From NCBI GenBank assembly GCA_943787795.1, contig CALSNU010000004.1, forward strand, positions 608,001 to 672,000: a stretch of DNA of 64,000 nucleotides, in the 5' to 3' direction. The notes under the pieces were generated by a model, which did no database searches, had not been told where the DNA came from, and saw only the letters and a list, made by a program, of their open reading frames with translations. Below, one piece after another: positions 19,046 to 28,446 of the stretch. The translations under genes and the position numbers were made by a program. Numbering within the stretch: position 1 is the first letter of the stretch; each line of letters opens with the position of its first letter. This stretch comes from an uncultured bacterium (GTDB taxonomy: Bacteria > Planctomycetota > UBA1135 > GCA-002686595).

Positions 19046-20361
19046 ACGAGCAACGTCAGACAGGAGACCCCGAGGAGCTGGCGTTCATCGAGGAGGCCCG
19101 CACCTGGCCCGCGCCCAAGCGCATCCTCGCGTACCTCCGCCGCGGCGGACCGGGCTACCTGCAGAGCGCCATGACCCTGGGCGGGGGCACCGCGATCTCG
19201 TCCATCTATGCCGGGCGCATGTTCGGGTACGAGCTGCTCTGGGTCGCGCCCGTGGGCATGATCATCGGCGTCCTGATGCTCGCCGTGCTCGGAGGCCTGA
19301 CCATCGGCGACTCGCGGCGCCCGTACGTCGCCATGGCCGACGGCGCGGGCAAGGGCTTCGCCGTCATGTGGGCCGTGGGCGCGCTGGTGGCCTCGATCAT
19401 CTGGCACTTCCCCCAGTACGCACTGGCGGGCGCGGCGATCAACGACGCGAGCCAGGTGGCGGGCGCCGAGATCCCCGCCTGGGCCGGCGCGATCCCCGTC
19501 CTCATCGTCGCCCTCCTGATGTCCCAGCTGTACGGCCGCTCCCCGCGGCTCGTGCGCGCCTACGAGAACATCGTCAAGGTGCTCGTCATCGGAGTCATCG
19601 CGTGCTTCGGGCTGGTGGTCGCGTCGACGGCTGGAGAGACCGACTGGGGCGCGGTCGCGGCCGGGTTCATCCCGTCCTTCCCCGAGGCGCGGGGCGGCGT
19701 TGACTCTGCGGTCCTCGTGGCGAGCGGGCTCGCGGCCGCCGTGGGCATCAACATGGTCTTCCTGTACCCCTACTCCCTGGGCGCCCGGGGCTGGGGCGAG
19801 GCCCACCGGGGCTTCGCGCGCTTCGACCTCTTCGCCGGGATGCTCATCCCCTTCACCGTCGCCACGTCCCTGGTGGTGATCGCCACCGCCAACACCATCC
19901 CCTGGATGGAGGGCGACGCGGTGCAGAAGATGAAGCCGGTGGAGGCGGCGCGGGCCCTGGGCGAGGTCCTCGGCCCGACCGCGGGGCGGCTCGTCTTCGA
20001 CGTGGGCCTGGTGGGCATGGCCCTCTCCACCATCGCGCTCCACATGGTGTGCAGCGGCCTGGCCCTCGCCGAGCTCACCGGGAACGGCCCGGACAGCAGG
20101 GCCTACCGCCTCGGCCTGCTCCTCCCCGTTCCCGGCGTGCTCGGCCCCGTGCTCTGGGACAACCTGCTCTGGCTCGTGGTGCCCACCAACATCATCTGCG
20201 GGCTCTTCCTGCCCCTGACCTACCTCGGCCTGATCCTGTGGGCGAGGCGGACGCCCGCTGGGCCCTCGAGACCAAGGACGATCACGGTCGTGGCCATGGC
20301 GCTCTTCACGGCCTTCCTCACCTACAGCTTCGGCGACTACATCTGGAGCAAGCTCGGATGA
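19042..20361 (+). CDS. NRAMP/MntH-like membrane transporter
   Basis: GPGYLQSAMTLGGG, AG..FGYELLW, about 11 hydrophobic segments. Lacks the DPGN metal motif. Confidence 0.75.
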   Translation: MNEQRQTGDPEELAFIEEARTWPAPKRILAYLRRGGPGYLQSAMTLGGGTAISSIYAGRMFGYELLWVAPVGMIIGVLMLAVLGGLTIGDSRRPYVAMADGAGKGFAVMWAVGALVASIIWHFPQYALAGAAINDASQVAGAEIPAWAGAIPVLIVALLMSQLYGRSPRLVRAYENIVKVLVIGVIACFGLVVASTAGETDWGAVAAGFIPSFPEARGGVDSAVLVASGLAAAVGINMVFLYPYSLGARGWGEAHRGFARFDLFAGMLIPFTVATSLVVIATANTIPWMEGDAVQKMKPVEAARALGEVLGPTAGRLVFDVGLVGMALSTIALHMVCSGLALAELTGNGPDSRAYRLGLLLPVPGVLGPVLWDNLLWLVVPTNIICGLFLPLTYLGLILWARRTPAGPSRPRTITVVAMALFTAFLTYSFGDYIWSKLG

Positions 20362-21563
20362 GCGCCACGGTGCACGGTCCCGGCGGGCGTGTCCTCCAGC
20401 TGGAGGACACGGTGCTCGCGCCCTTCGAGGCGCGGGTCGACGGGACCGCACCGCTGCCCCGCCGCTGCTTCGCGGCGGCCCACGTGACCATGCTCCCCGG
20501 CTACGCAGAGGTCGCCCACTCCCTGGAGCGGCCTGGCCCGGCTGGCGAGATCGCGGCCCACATCGACTGGGAGACCACCCTCGCGTTCCGGGAGCGCATC
20601 GATCGCTGCGGCATGGGCGTGGCCGAGGCCATGGATACCGCCCAGCGCTTCGAGCTGGGCTGGGACGGCGCCCGCGCCCTCATCGAGCGCACGGGTGCGC
20701 TGGCCCTCGAGAACGGCTTCGTTGGCGCGGCCTCCACGGACCAGCTCGGGACGATCCCCGACCTGGACACGCTGGCCGGCGCTATGGTCGAGCAGGTGCG
20801 CTTCGTCCGCGGCTGCGGCGGGATCCCGATCCTCCTCCCCCAGCCCTGGCTCACCGGGAGCGGCGCGGGCGAGGAGGAGTTCGTGCGCTTCTACACGGAC
20901 GTGATCGACGCCTCCGAGGGCGAGGTGCTGCTGCACTTCCTCGGGGAGATGTTCCACCCCTCCATGCGGGGCTACTTCCCCGGGGACTCCCTGCGGCGCG
21001 TGCTGACCCACGACCCGGAGAAGGTGCGCGGCCTGAAGCTGTCGCTCTTGGACCGGGAGCTCGAGGAGACCCTGCGGGCCGAGCTCGCGCCCCGGGGTCA
21101 GGTGATCCTCACCGGGGACGACTACAACTTCGCCGCGCTCATCGAGGGCCAGCCGGGCCCGCCCCGTGACCTCGCGCCCCTCGGTGGGCGCCCGCTCTCG
21201 GGCGGCCCCTTCAGCCACGCCCTGCTCGGCATCTTCGCCGCGGTCACCCGCCCCGCCTCGGTGGCCCTGCGCTTGCTCGACGCCGGGGACGCCGAGGGCT
21301 ACCGCGAGCTCATGGGCCGCTGCGAGCGGCTCGGCCGCGTGATCTTCGAGGCCCCGGTGCAGCGCTACAAGTCGGGCATCGCGTTCCTCGCGTGGCTCAA
21401 CGGGCTCCAGGCCAACCGCATGCTCGCCAACCACGAGGAGCACGCCCGCAGCCTCGACTACTACCTGCGAGTCGCCGAGGCGGCGAGCGACGCGGGCGCG
21501 ATCGAGGACGCCGAACTGGCCGCCGGGAGGCTGGCCGCGCTGATCGAGGACCGCGCGGGCTGA
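20358..21563 (+). CDS. DUF993 family (DHDPS-like TIM barrel) protein
   Basis: FAAAHV, IDWETTLAFR, GVAEAMDTAQR, GLKLSLLD, TGDDYNF, SHALLGIF, YKSGIAFLAWLNG. ATGA overlap with the transporter. Confidence 0.85.
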   Translation: MSATVHGPGGRVLQLEDTVLAPFEARVDGTAPLPRRCFAAAHVTMLPGYAEVAHSLERPGPAGEIAAHIDWETTLAFRERIDRCGMGVAEAMDTAQRFELGWDGARALIERTGALALENGFVGAASTDQLGTIPDLDTLAGAMVEQVRFVRGCGGIPILLPQPWLTGSGAGEEEFVRFYTDVIDASEGEVLLHFLGEMFHPSMRGYFPGDSLRRVLTHDPEKVRGLKLSLLDRELEETLRAELAPRGQVILTGDDYNFAALIEGQPGPPRDLAPLGGRPLSGGPFSHALLGIFAAVTRPASVALRLLDAGDAEGYRELMGRCERLGRVIFEAPVQRYKSGIAFLAWLNGLQANRMLANHEEHARSLDYYLRVAEAASDAGAIEDAELAAGRLAALIEDRAG

Positions 21564-21603
21564 ACGGCGACCGCGGTGGCGGGGCGATCACTAGGATGGT
21601 GCC

Positions 21604-22536
21604 ATGAAGCGCTCCATCGACCGACGACAGCTCCTGACCGCATCTCTGGCCGCCGCGGCCCTCTCGGGCGAGGCGCTCGCAGCCGCCCGCAGGACACAGG
21701 ACGACGCGCCCCAGCCGAAGGCCCGCTTCCGCAAGGCGCTGAAGTACGGGATGGTCCAGGAACCCTCGGCCCCGACGGTGGCGGACCGATTCGCCCTCCT
21801 GAAAGGCCTCGGCTTCGACGGCGTCGAGCTCGACAGCCCGTCCAACCTGGATGAGGACGAGGTCCTGGAGGCCGCCGCGGCGACGGGGCTGGTGGTCGAG
21901 GGGCTCGTCGACTCGCGCCACTGGCAGGAGAACCTCGGGTCCGACGACGCCGAGACCCGCCGGCGCGGACGCGAGGCCCTGGACTTCGCCCTGCGGCAGG
22001 CCACACGCCTCGGCGCCGACAGCGTGCTCCTGGTGCCCGCCGTGGTGAACGCCGGGACGAGCTACGGCACGGCCTGGAGGAACTCCGTGGCCGAGCTGCG
22101 CGAGATCGCGCCGCTCGCCGAGAGCCTCGGCGTCCGGATCGCCCTCGAGAACGTGTGGAACAACTTCCTCCTCTCCCCTGTGGAGGCGCGCCACTACCTC
22201 GAGGAGATCGGCAGCCCTGCCGTGGGCTGGCACTTCGACGTGGGCAATGTCCTGCGCTACGGCTGGCCGGAGCACTGGATCGAAGTGCTGGGCGCCGAGT
22301 ACGTCTTCAAGCTCGACATCAAGGACTACAGCCGCAAGAAGATGAACGACGAGGGCCTGTGGAAGGGCTTCGACGTGAAGATCGGAGACGGCGACAGCGG
22401 CTGGCCGCGGGTCCTGGCGGCCCTGAATGCCATCGGCTTCGACGGCTGGGCCGCGGCCGAGGTCGGGGGCGGCGACGCCGAGCGGCTGGCCGACATCTCG
22501 AAGCGCATGGACCGGGTCCTCGGGCTCGGGGACTGA
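21604..22536 (+). CDS. Tat-exported sugar-phosphate isomerase/epimerase-like TIM barrel (IolE/AP2 family)
   Basis: IDRRQLL Tat motif; GFDGVE, ALENVWNNFL, HFDVGN, IGDGD. Confidence 0.88.
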   Translation: MKRSIDRRQLLTASLAAAALSGEALAAARRTQDDAPQPKARFRKALKYGMVQEPSAPTVADRFALLKGLGFDGVELDSPSNLDEDEVLEAAAATGLVVEGLVDSRHWQENLGSDDAETRRRGREALDFALRQATRLGADSVLLVPAVVNAGTSYGTAWRNSVAELREIAPLAESLGVRIALENVWNNFLLSPVEARHYLEEIGSPAVGWHFDVGNVLRYGWPEHWIEVLGAEYVFKLDIKDYSRKKMNDEGLWKGFDVKIGDGDSGWPRVLAALNAIGFDGWAAAEVGGGDAERLADISKRMDRVLGLGD

Positions 22537-22714
22537 CGGTCCCCCACCGCCCTGGACCTGCGCCCAGGGAGGTCGCTTGCGTCGTCGCAGGACGAGGCGC
22601 AGATCTGTAGGGATGATGAGAACCCGGGGGCAGGTTTCTCCGTCCCAGGTCAAGGTGTGTCCTCCCCGCCAGGCGGGGTGCGACCTGAGATCTCCCCTTC
22701 CCCCTCGCACACTC

Positions 22715-25285
22715 ATGCAGCATCGACCCTCCCGGAGCGTCCGCAGAGCCCTCCTGCTCGCGGCCCCTGTCCTCCTCGCCGGCGCGGCCTCCGCCCAGAG
22801 CTCCCTCAGCTTCCCGCTCCAAGCCGCCCAGGGCGCCGCGGAGAAGCTCGGAGAGGACGTCCTCTCCACAGACCTCGCGGGCATCGCGGCCCTGACCCAC
22901 CTCGAGGCGGTCACCCTCACCGATGTCCTCCTGCCCTCCGGCGAGACCGTCTCGCTGGACCTCGAGCGCATTGACCTCGCGCGGCGCAAGTTCGGCGTCC
23001 ACGTGGACGGCGTGCTGATCCCCGGGATCACGGACGGGCTCAGCCTCTCGGTCTGGAAGGGGCAGATCGCCGGAGATGAGCACAGCGATGTCATGCTCGG
23101 CTTCTCGAGCACCGGCTCCCGCGGCTGGATCCGCACCCGCCACGAGCTCGTCCACCTGCTGGCCATGCCCCACGAGGGCGGCAGCTGGCGCGCCGCGCCG
23201 GGACTCCTGGTCACGGAGGACAGCCTCAACACCCAGGGCCACGTTCACGAGGGGAACTGTGAGACGCGCCCGCCGGCGACCCCGCCGATTCCGCGTCCGT
23301 TCCAATCCGGACCGAGCACCGCGCAGATGGTGACGATGGACTCCGTCAGCCTCCGGGAGTGCCCGATCGCCATGGAGACCGACTTCCAGCTCTATCAGCT
23401 CTTCAACGACGTCAACGCCACCACCTCCTACCTCACCACGCTGCTCTCATTCATCAGCGACCGGTATGAGTCCCAGGCATCGACGATCCTCACCTTCCCC
23501 TACCTGCAGATCTACTCGAACTCGAACGACCCGTGGAGTACGCCCGAGAACGGCGGGAACTCCATCGACATGCTCAACGAGTTCGTCGGCGCCTGGCAGG
23601 GCAACGTCCCCGCCGGAGCCACCCTCGGGCACATGATGAGCGGCGCGGGCCTCGGCGGCGGCGTCGCCTACCTCGACGTGCTCTGCAACAACCAGTTCAA
23701 CTTCGGCGTCAGCGGCAACATCGCGGCGCAGGTGAACTTCCCCGTGGTGCAGCAGCCCTCCAACTGGGACTTCATGGTGGTGGCCCACGAGATCGGCCAC
23801 AACTTCAGCTCGCCCCACACCCACGACTTCTGCCCGCCGCTCGATGAGTGCGCTCCCAACGGCTACTTCGGGAGCTGCCAGACCTCCCAGGTCTGCTCGA
23901 ACATGGGCACGATCATGAGCTACTGCCACCTGTGCAGCGGCGGCACCGGGAACATCACGACGTTCTTCCACCCCGAAGCGGCGGCGCTCCTCACGAGCGC
24001 GTCCGAGAACTGCAACGCGGCCATCTTCGAGGTGCAGGTGACCGCGCCCGAGGTTGTCTCTGACCTCTCGCCGACCCAGACCATGATCCAGGCCGTCGTC
24101 GGCTCGATCGCGTCGGCGACCATGAACTACCGCATGTCGGGCTCGACGACGTCGACGCCCGTGCCCATGACCCCCATGGGCAGCGGGGCCTTCATCGCCG
24201 ACATCCCCGCGGTCCAGTGCGGCCTCACCGTCGAGTACTGGTTCGACATCGACATCACCGGCGTGGGCTCCACGGCGGCGCCCGCGGGTGCCCCGAACGA
24301 GTTCTACAGCGCGGTCGGCGGGATCGAGACCGTGCTCTTCGCGGATGACTTCGAGACGAATCAGGGCTGGACCGAGGCGAACCTCGGCGCGAGCTCCGGT
24401 GACTGGGAGCGCGGCGTCCCCGTGAACGACCCGAACTGGGCCTACGATCCCGCGTCCGACTTCGACGGCTCCGGCAGCTGCTACCTCACCCAGAACCAGT
24501 CCGGCAACACGGACGTCGACGGCGGCGCCGTGGAGCTGGTCTCCCCGGCGATCGACCTGAGCATCCCGGGCTCGACCCTGAGCTACGCCTACTACCTGCG
24601 CCTGACCGACGCCAACGGCGTGGACCGGTTGCTCGTCGAGGCGAGCTCCGCTGGCGGCCCCTTCATCGAGGTGACCCGTCACGACACCGACGGCGGCGCC
24701 GACTGGCGTACCTCGACCCTGACCCAGGCCGACTTCCTGGCCGCCGGCGTCACGCCCGGCCCGCAGGTCCGGCTCCGCTTCACCGCCAACGATGACAACC
24801 CGCAGAGCATCGTCGAGGCTGGCCTCGACGCCCTCACCGTGCGCGCCATCGACTGCGGCGCGGTCGGTACGGTGTACTGCGATCCGGCGGCGCTGAACTC
24901 GACGGGCAGCCCGGCGACGATCACGGCCGAGGGCAGCAGCCTGGTCGCGGACAACGACGTCACCCTGACCATCGAGTCTCTCCCCGCCAACACGGTGGGG
25001 TACTTCCTGACGTCCCAGACCCAGGGCTTCACGCCCAACGCGGGCGGCAGTCAGGGCAACCTGTGCCTCGGCGGGAGCATCGGCCGGTACATCAGCTCCG
25101 TGCTCAGCTCGGGACCCTCGGGGACCTACTCGCTCCAGCTCGACCTGACGGCCGTCCCCCAGCCCACGGGCTTCGTCGGGGTGACCGCGGGTGAGACCTG
25201 GAACTTCCAGTCCTGGTACCGGGACCAGCTCCTCGGCTTCCCCAGCTCCAACTTCACCGAGGCCATCGAGATCCTCTTCCAGTAA
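22715..25285 (+). CDS. Secreted M12/reprolysin-like zinc metallopeptidase with beta-sandwich domains and WYRD-type tail
   Basis: Signal peptide ending AASA-Q; GGVAY, HEIGHNFSSPH, Met-turn TIMSY. Confidence 0.85.
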   Translation: MQHRPSRSVRRALLLAAPVLLAGAASAQSSLSFPLQAAQGAAEKLGEDVLSTDLAGIAALTHLEAVTLTDVLLPSGETVSLDLERIDLARRKFGVHVDGVLIPGITDGLSLSVWKGQIAGDEHSDVMLGFSSTGSRGWIRTRHELVHLLAMPHEGGSWRAAPGLLVTEDSLNTQGHVHEGNCETRPPATPPIPRPFQSGPSTAQMVTMDSVSLRECPIAMETDFQLYQLFNDVNATTSYLTTLLSFISDRYESQASTILTFPYLQIYSNSNDPWSTPENGGNSIDMLNEFVGAWQGNVPAGATLGHMMSGAGLGGGVAYLDVLCNNQFNFGVSGNIAAQVNFPVVQQPSNWDFMVVAHEIGHNFSSPHTHDFCPPLDECAPNGYFGSCQTSQVCSNMGTIMSYCHLCSGGTGNITTFFHPEAAALLTSASENCNAAIFEVQVTAPEVVSDLSPTQTMIQAVVGSIASATMNYRMSGSTTSTPVPMTPMGSGAFIADIPAVQCGLTVEYWFDIDITGVGSTAAPAGAPNEFYSAVGGIETVLFADDFETNQGWTEANLGASSGDWERGVPVNDPNWAYDPASDFDGSGSCYLTQNQSGNTDVDGGAVELVSPAIDLSIPGSTLSYAYYLRLTDANGVDRLLVEASSAGGPFIEVTRHDTDGGADWRTSTLTQADFLAAGVTPGPQVRLRFTANDDNPQSIVEAGLDALTVRAIDCGAVGTVYCDPAALNSTGSPATITAEGSSLVADNDVTLTIESLPANTVGYFLTSQTQGFTPNAGGSQGNLCLGGSIGRYISSVLSSGPSGTYSLQLDLTAVPQPTGFVGVTAGETWNFQSWYRDQLLGFPSSNFTEAIEILFQ

Positions 25286-25383
25286 GAGGCCGATCGAGAG
25301 CCATGCAGCCCGCGTCCGCGGCCGCCCCCTGGAGCGGCTCGCTGGCGCGGGCTCCTTCGTGCCCTCCGTCCTGGCGCCGGCGG

Positions 25384-25995
25384 CTACCGTTCGCCCGCGT
25401 TGGAGCGTCCCTCGAAGGCCTCTCTCCAGTGCCCCCGACAGAGGGACAGGTAGGTCTCGTTGCCGCCGATCTGGACCTGCTCGCCGGTGGTCATCACGTT
25501 GCCCGCGCCGTCCTTGCGGATGACCATGGTGGCCTTGCGGCCGCAGTGGCAGATCGTGCGGATCTCGCGCATGGAGTCCGCCAGCGCGAGGAGCGCCGCG
25601 GAGCCAGGGAAGGGCTCCCCGCGGAAGTCCACCCGGAGGCCGTAGGTCATGATCGGGACGCCGAGGTCGTCGGCTGCTCGCGCCAGCTGCCAGACCTGCT
25701 CGGGGGTCAAGAACTGCGCCTCGTCGATGAGGACGCAGGCGATCGGGTCCGCCTCTCCGCGCGCCTGGATCTCGTCCTCGATGACGAAGAAGAGGTCCTC
25801 GCCCGGGCGATAGGTTCGCGCGGCGGTGTCGATGCCGATCCTGCTCGTGACGCGGCTCTCGCCGCCGCGGCCGTCCAGAGCGGCCGTCATCACGAGGGTG
25901 CCCATCCCGCGTTCGCGGTAGTTGTAGTCGGCCTGCAGGAGCACGGTCGACTTGCCCGCGTTCATGGTCGAGTAGTTGAAGTAGAGCTTGGCCAT
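25384..25995 (-). CDS. tdk: Thymidine kinase
   Basis: STMNAGKS, LIDEAQFL, YGLRVDF, ICHCGRKA, YLSLCR. Confidence 0.96.
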   Translation of the reverse strand: MAKLYFNYSTMNAGKSTVLLQADYNYRERGMGTLVMTAALDGRGGESRVTSRIGIDTAARTYRPGEDLFFVIEDEIQARGEADPIACVLIDEAQFLTPEQVWQLARAADDLGVPIMTYGLRVDFRGEPFPGSAALLALADSMREIRTICHCGRKATMVIRKDGAGNVMTTGEQVQIGGNETYLSLCRGHWREAFEGRSNAGER

Positions 25996-26004
25996 GGTCC
26001 GGGC

Positions 26005-26610
26005 TCAGCGCCTCGCGACCGCATCTGCGATCTCGTTCACTGCGGAGGCGAGGGCCTTCGAGGCCGCCGAGGCCTCGGCGGCGGCGCCGCCGTCCACGAC
26101 CGGCGCCCGCCCCTCAAAGCGACGGTCCAGCTGGACGCCCTCGCTGTCCTCGGTCAGGACGAGCAATGCGACCACCGCCGTCGGCGTGTCCGCGCTCTCG
26201 ATCTCGAGACGAACGAGCTCCACCTGCAACCGGGTGGTGGACGCGCGCTTGAGGGAACGCTGACGGTACAGGGCCTCCTCCAACGCGCGACGGGTCACGG
26301 CGGCGGGATCCTCGGTCCAGCGCGAGTAGTCGTCGTAGCTGACCTCATGGGGCGCGGTGCGGCGCATGAGCCGTTCGGTGATGGCCTCCGAGGCCGCCAC
26401 GCGGCCCAGGCTCACGCTGTCCCGCTTCAGCCCGCGGTCCGAGACGCCGTCGGGAACGCCGTCCGGCGAATCTCCGGGGGACACCGCCTCGGCCGCGGGG
26501 TTGAGGTCCAGCCAGCGGACCTGCGGCGCCGCCTCCGGCTTGAGGTCAAGGCAAGCGGGGGTGAGGAGCGCGGCCATGAGGGCCGCGATGATCCGATGGG
26601 ATTGCTTCAT
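26005..26610 (-). CDS. ABC-transport auxiliary lipoprotein (PqiC-like)
   Basis: Lipobox LTPA-C; Y..WTEDP motif; last gene of the MCE operon. Confidence 0.65.
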   Translation of the reverse strand: MKQSHRIIAALMAALLTPACLDLKPEAAPQVRWLDLNPAAEAVSPGDSPDGVPDGVSDRGLKRDSVSLGRVAASEAITERLMRRTAPHEVSYDDYSRWTEDPAAVTRRALEEALYRQRSLKRASTTRLQVELVRLEIESADTPTAVVALLVLTEDSEGVQLDRRFEGRAPVVDGGAAAEASAASKALASAVNEIADAVARR

Positions 26611-26629
26611 GTTGGTTCTGGGGTACCGC

Positions 26630-27703
26630 TCAGCGGGAGGGCCCTTTCGAGCGGCCGCGCAGCAAGACGCCGGGGTCCCGATCAATAAGCCCGGTGAGCT
26701 CCTCGATCTTCTTCAGGGCTCGACGGAGCTCCACGAGCGTCGCCGTCAGCTCGGCGCCCGTGGGCTCGTAGCTCCTCGCGAGCGCGGTGGTCGAGTCCGC
26801 GGCCCCGCGGAGCGAGGCCGCTGTCGCCGCCAGGTCCGCGTCACGGAGCATGGTCTCTGTGGACTTGAGGGCACCGTCCGCGGCGCCAACGAGCGTCCGC
26901 ACGTCCGCGATCAAGGACCGGAAGTCCTCGGCTCCCTTCTCGACGACGCCCTCTGTGCCGGTGAGCTTGACGAGCGCGACGTCCAGGTCCCCGACGAACG
27001 TCCGCAGCTCCTGGACCAGCGCCTCGGTCTCGCCCATCAGCTTGGAGGGGTCCGCCCGGTCGAGCGTGACGCTGAGATCCTCTGCCGCCTTGGAGATCGA
27101 CGAGGAGAGGCGCTCCGCGTCGATGGCGGTGAGCTTGCTGTCCACCGTCATCGTGAGGCGCCGGAAGTCGGAGAGCGCCATCGGCACCTCCTCCGCGAGA
27201 CCGCGGAGCGCGTCCTCGAGGCTCTTCAGCGTGGAGGGCGTGGCCGGGACGAAGCCAGGGGGCGGATCGAAGGGGATGTGAATCATGGGCGCCGTCTCCG
27301 GGAAGAAGTCGGCCTCCAGGAACTTGATCCCCGTGATGCCCTGGGAGGCCATGGTGAACCTCAGGTCCATGGGCACGTCGGGGAGCTCACCGTCCGCCTG
27401 CTCATCGCTGTCCAGGACGTTCAGCGACCTCATGGCCTCGACGCGCAGGCTGGCGTGGACCTCGACCAGGCGCCGATCCTTGGCCAGCCGGATGTCCGTC
27501 ACCTTGCCGATCGTCACCCCACGGACCTTCACCGGGGCGCCGACCTCGAGCCCCTGGACCGACTCGTCCAGGAAGGTCACGCGCTCGATCGTCTCCGAGT
27601 TGAAGCGCGCGGCTCCCAGCCAGAAGAGCGTCGCGACGGCGGCGATCACGCCGCCGACCACGAAGGCTCCGACCTTCCACTCGTTGGAACGGTTGACACT
27701 CAT
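26630..27703 (-). CDS. mlaD: MlaD/MCE-family protein
   Basis: N-terminal TM, ESVQGLEVGAPVKVRGVTIGKV, helical C-terminus ending DPGVLLRG. Confidence 0.88.
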   Translation of the reverse strand: MSVNRSNEWKVGAFVVGGVIAAVATLFWLGAARFNSETIERVTFLDESVQGLEVGAPVKVRGVTIGKVTDIRLAKDRRLVEVHASLRVEAMRSLNVLDSDEQADGELPDVPMDLRFTMASQGITGIKFLEADFFPETAPMIHIPFDPPPGFVPATPSTLKSLEDALRGLAEEVPMALSDFRRLTMTVDSKLTAIDAERLSSSISKAAEDLSVTLDRADPSKLMGETEALVQELRTFVGDLDVALVKLTGTEGVVEKGAEDFRSLIADVRTLVGAADGALKSTETMLRDADLAATAASLRGAADSTTALARSYEPTGAELTATLVELRRALKKIEELTGLIDRDPGVLLRGRSKGPSR

Positions 27704-28446
27704 GCGGTCACCTCTTCGGCCACAGATTCCCGATGGAAGAACGCGCGCACCCTTGGGTCCGTGCTCTCGTCGCGGAGGACGCGGGGGTCGCCCTCGGCGA
27801 TGATGCCGCGCGTGTCGCGGTCGAGGAGGAAGCAGCGCGTACCGATGCGATAGATGCTCTCAAGTTCGTGGGTCACGACGACGAGGGTCAGGCCCAGGGC
27901 CCGGTTGAGGGTCAGGAGGAGATCATCGAGCTCGGAGGCCGTCACCGGGTCGAGCCCTGCGGACGGCTCATCCAGGAAGAGCAGGTCGTTCTCGAGGGCC
28001 AGCGCGCGCGCGATCCCCGCCCGCTTCAGCATCCCGCCCGAGAGTTCAGAGGGTAGGTGATTGGCCGCCTGCTCCAGCCCGACCAGGCGCAGCTTTCCAG
28101 CCACGATCCCCTCGATGGTGGCGTCATCCAGGTCCGTCCACTGCTCGAGGGGGAGGGCCACGTTCTGCGCGATGGTCATCGAGCCAAACAGGGCGCCGGC
28201 CTGGAAGCTCACGCCGAAGCGGGGGCGCTTTCCGTCAAGGAGCGAGGGGTCCCCCACCCCCTCCAGCTCCACGGAGCCGCCGAGGGGGGGCTGGAGACCG
28301 ATCATGGTCCGCAGCATGGTCGACTTCCCCGTCCCTGAGCCACCGAGCACGAGGAAGACATCCCCACGCTCAATGTCGAAGTTGAGGTGCTCCATCAGCG
28401 GCTTGGTGTAGCCGATGGTCAGGTCTCTCGCCTCGATCATGGCCAT
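27700..28446 (-). CDS. mlaF: MlaF-type ABC ATPase
   Basis: GGSGTGKST, LSGGM, LDEPSAGLDP, VTHEL; overlaps both neighbours. Confidence 0.9.
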   Translation of the reverse strand: MAMIEARDLTIGYTKPLMEHLNFDIERGDVFLVLGGSGTGKSTMLRTMIGLQPPLGGSVELEGVGDPSLLDGKRPRFGVSFQAGALFGSMTIAQNVALPLEQWTDLDDATIEGIVAGKLRLVGLEQAANHLPSELSGGMLKRAGIARALALENDLLFLDEPSAGLDPVTASELDDLLLTLNRALGLTLVVVTHELESIYRIGTRCFLLDRDTRGIIAEGDPRVLRDESTDPRVRAFFHRESVAEEVTA

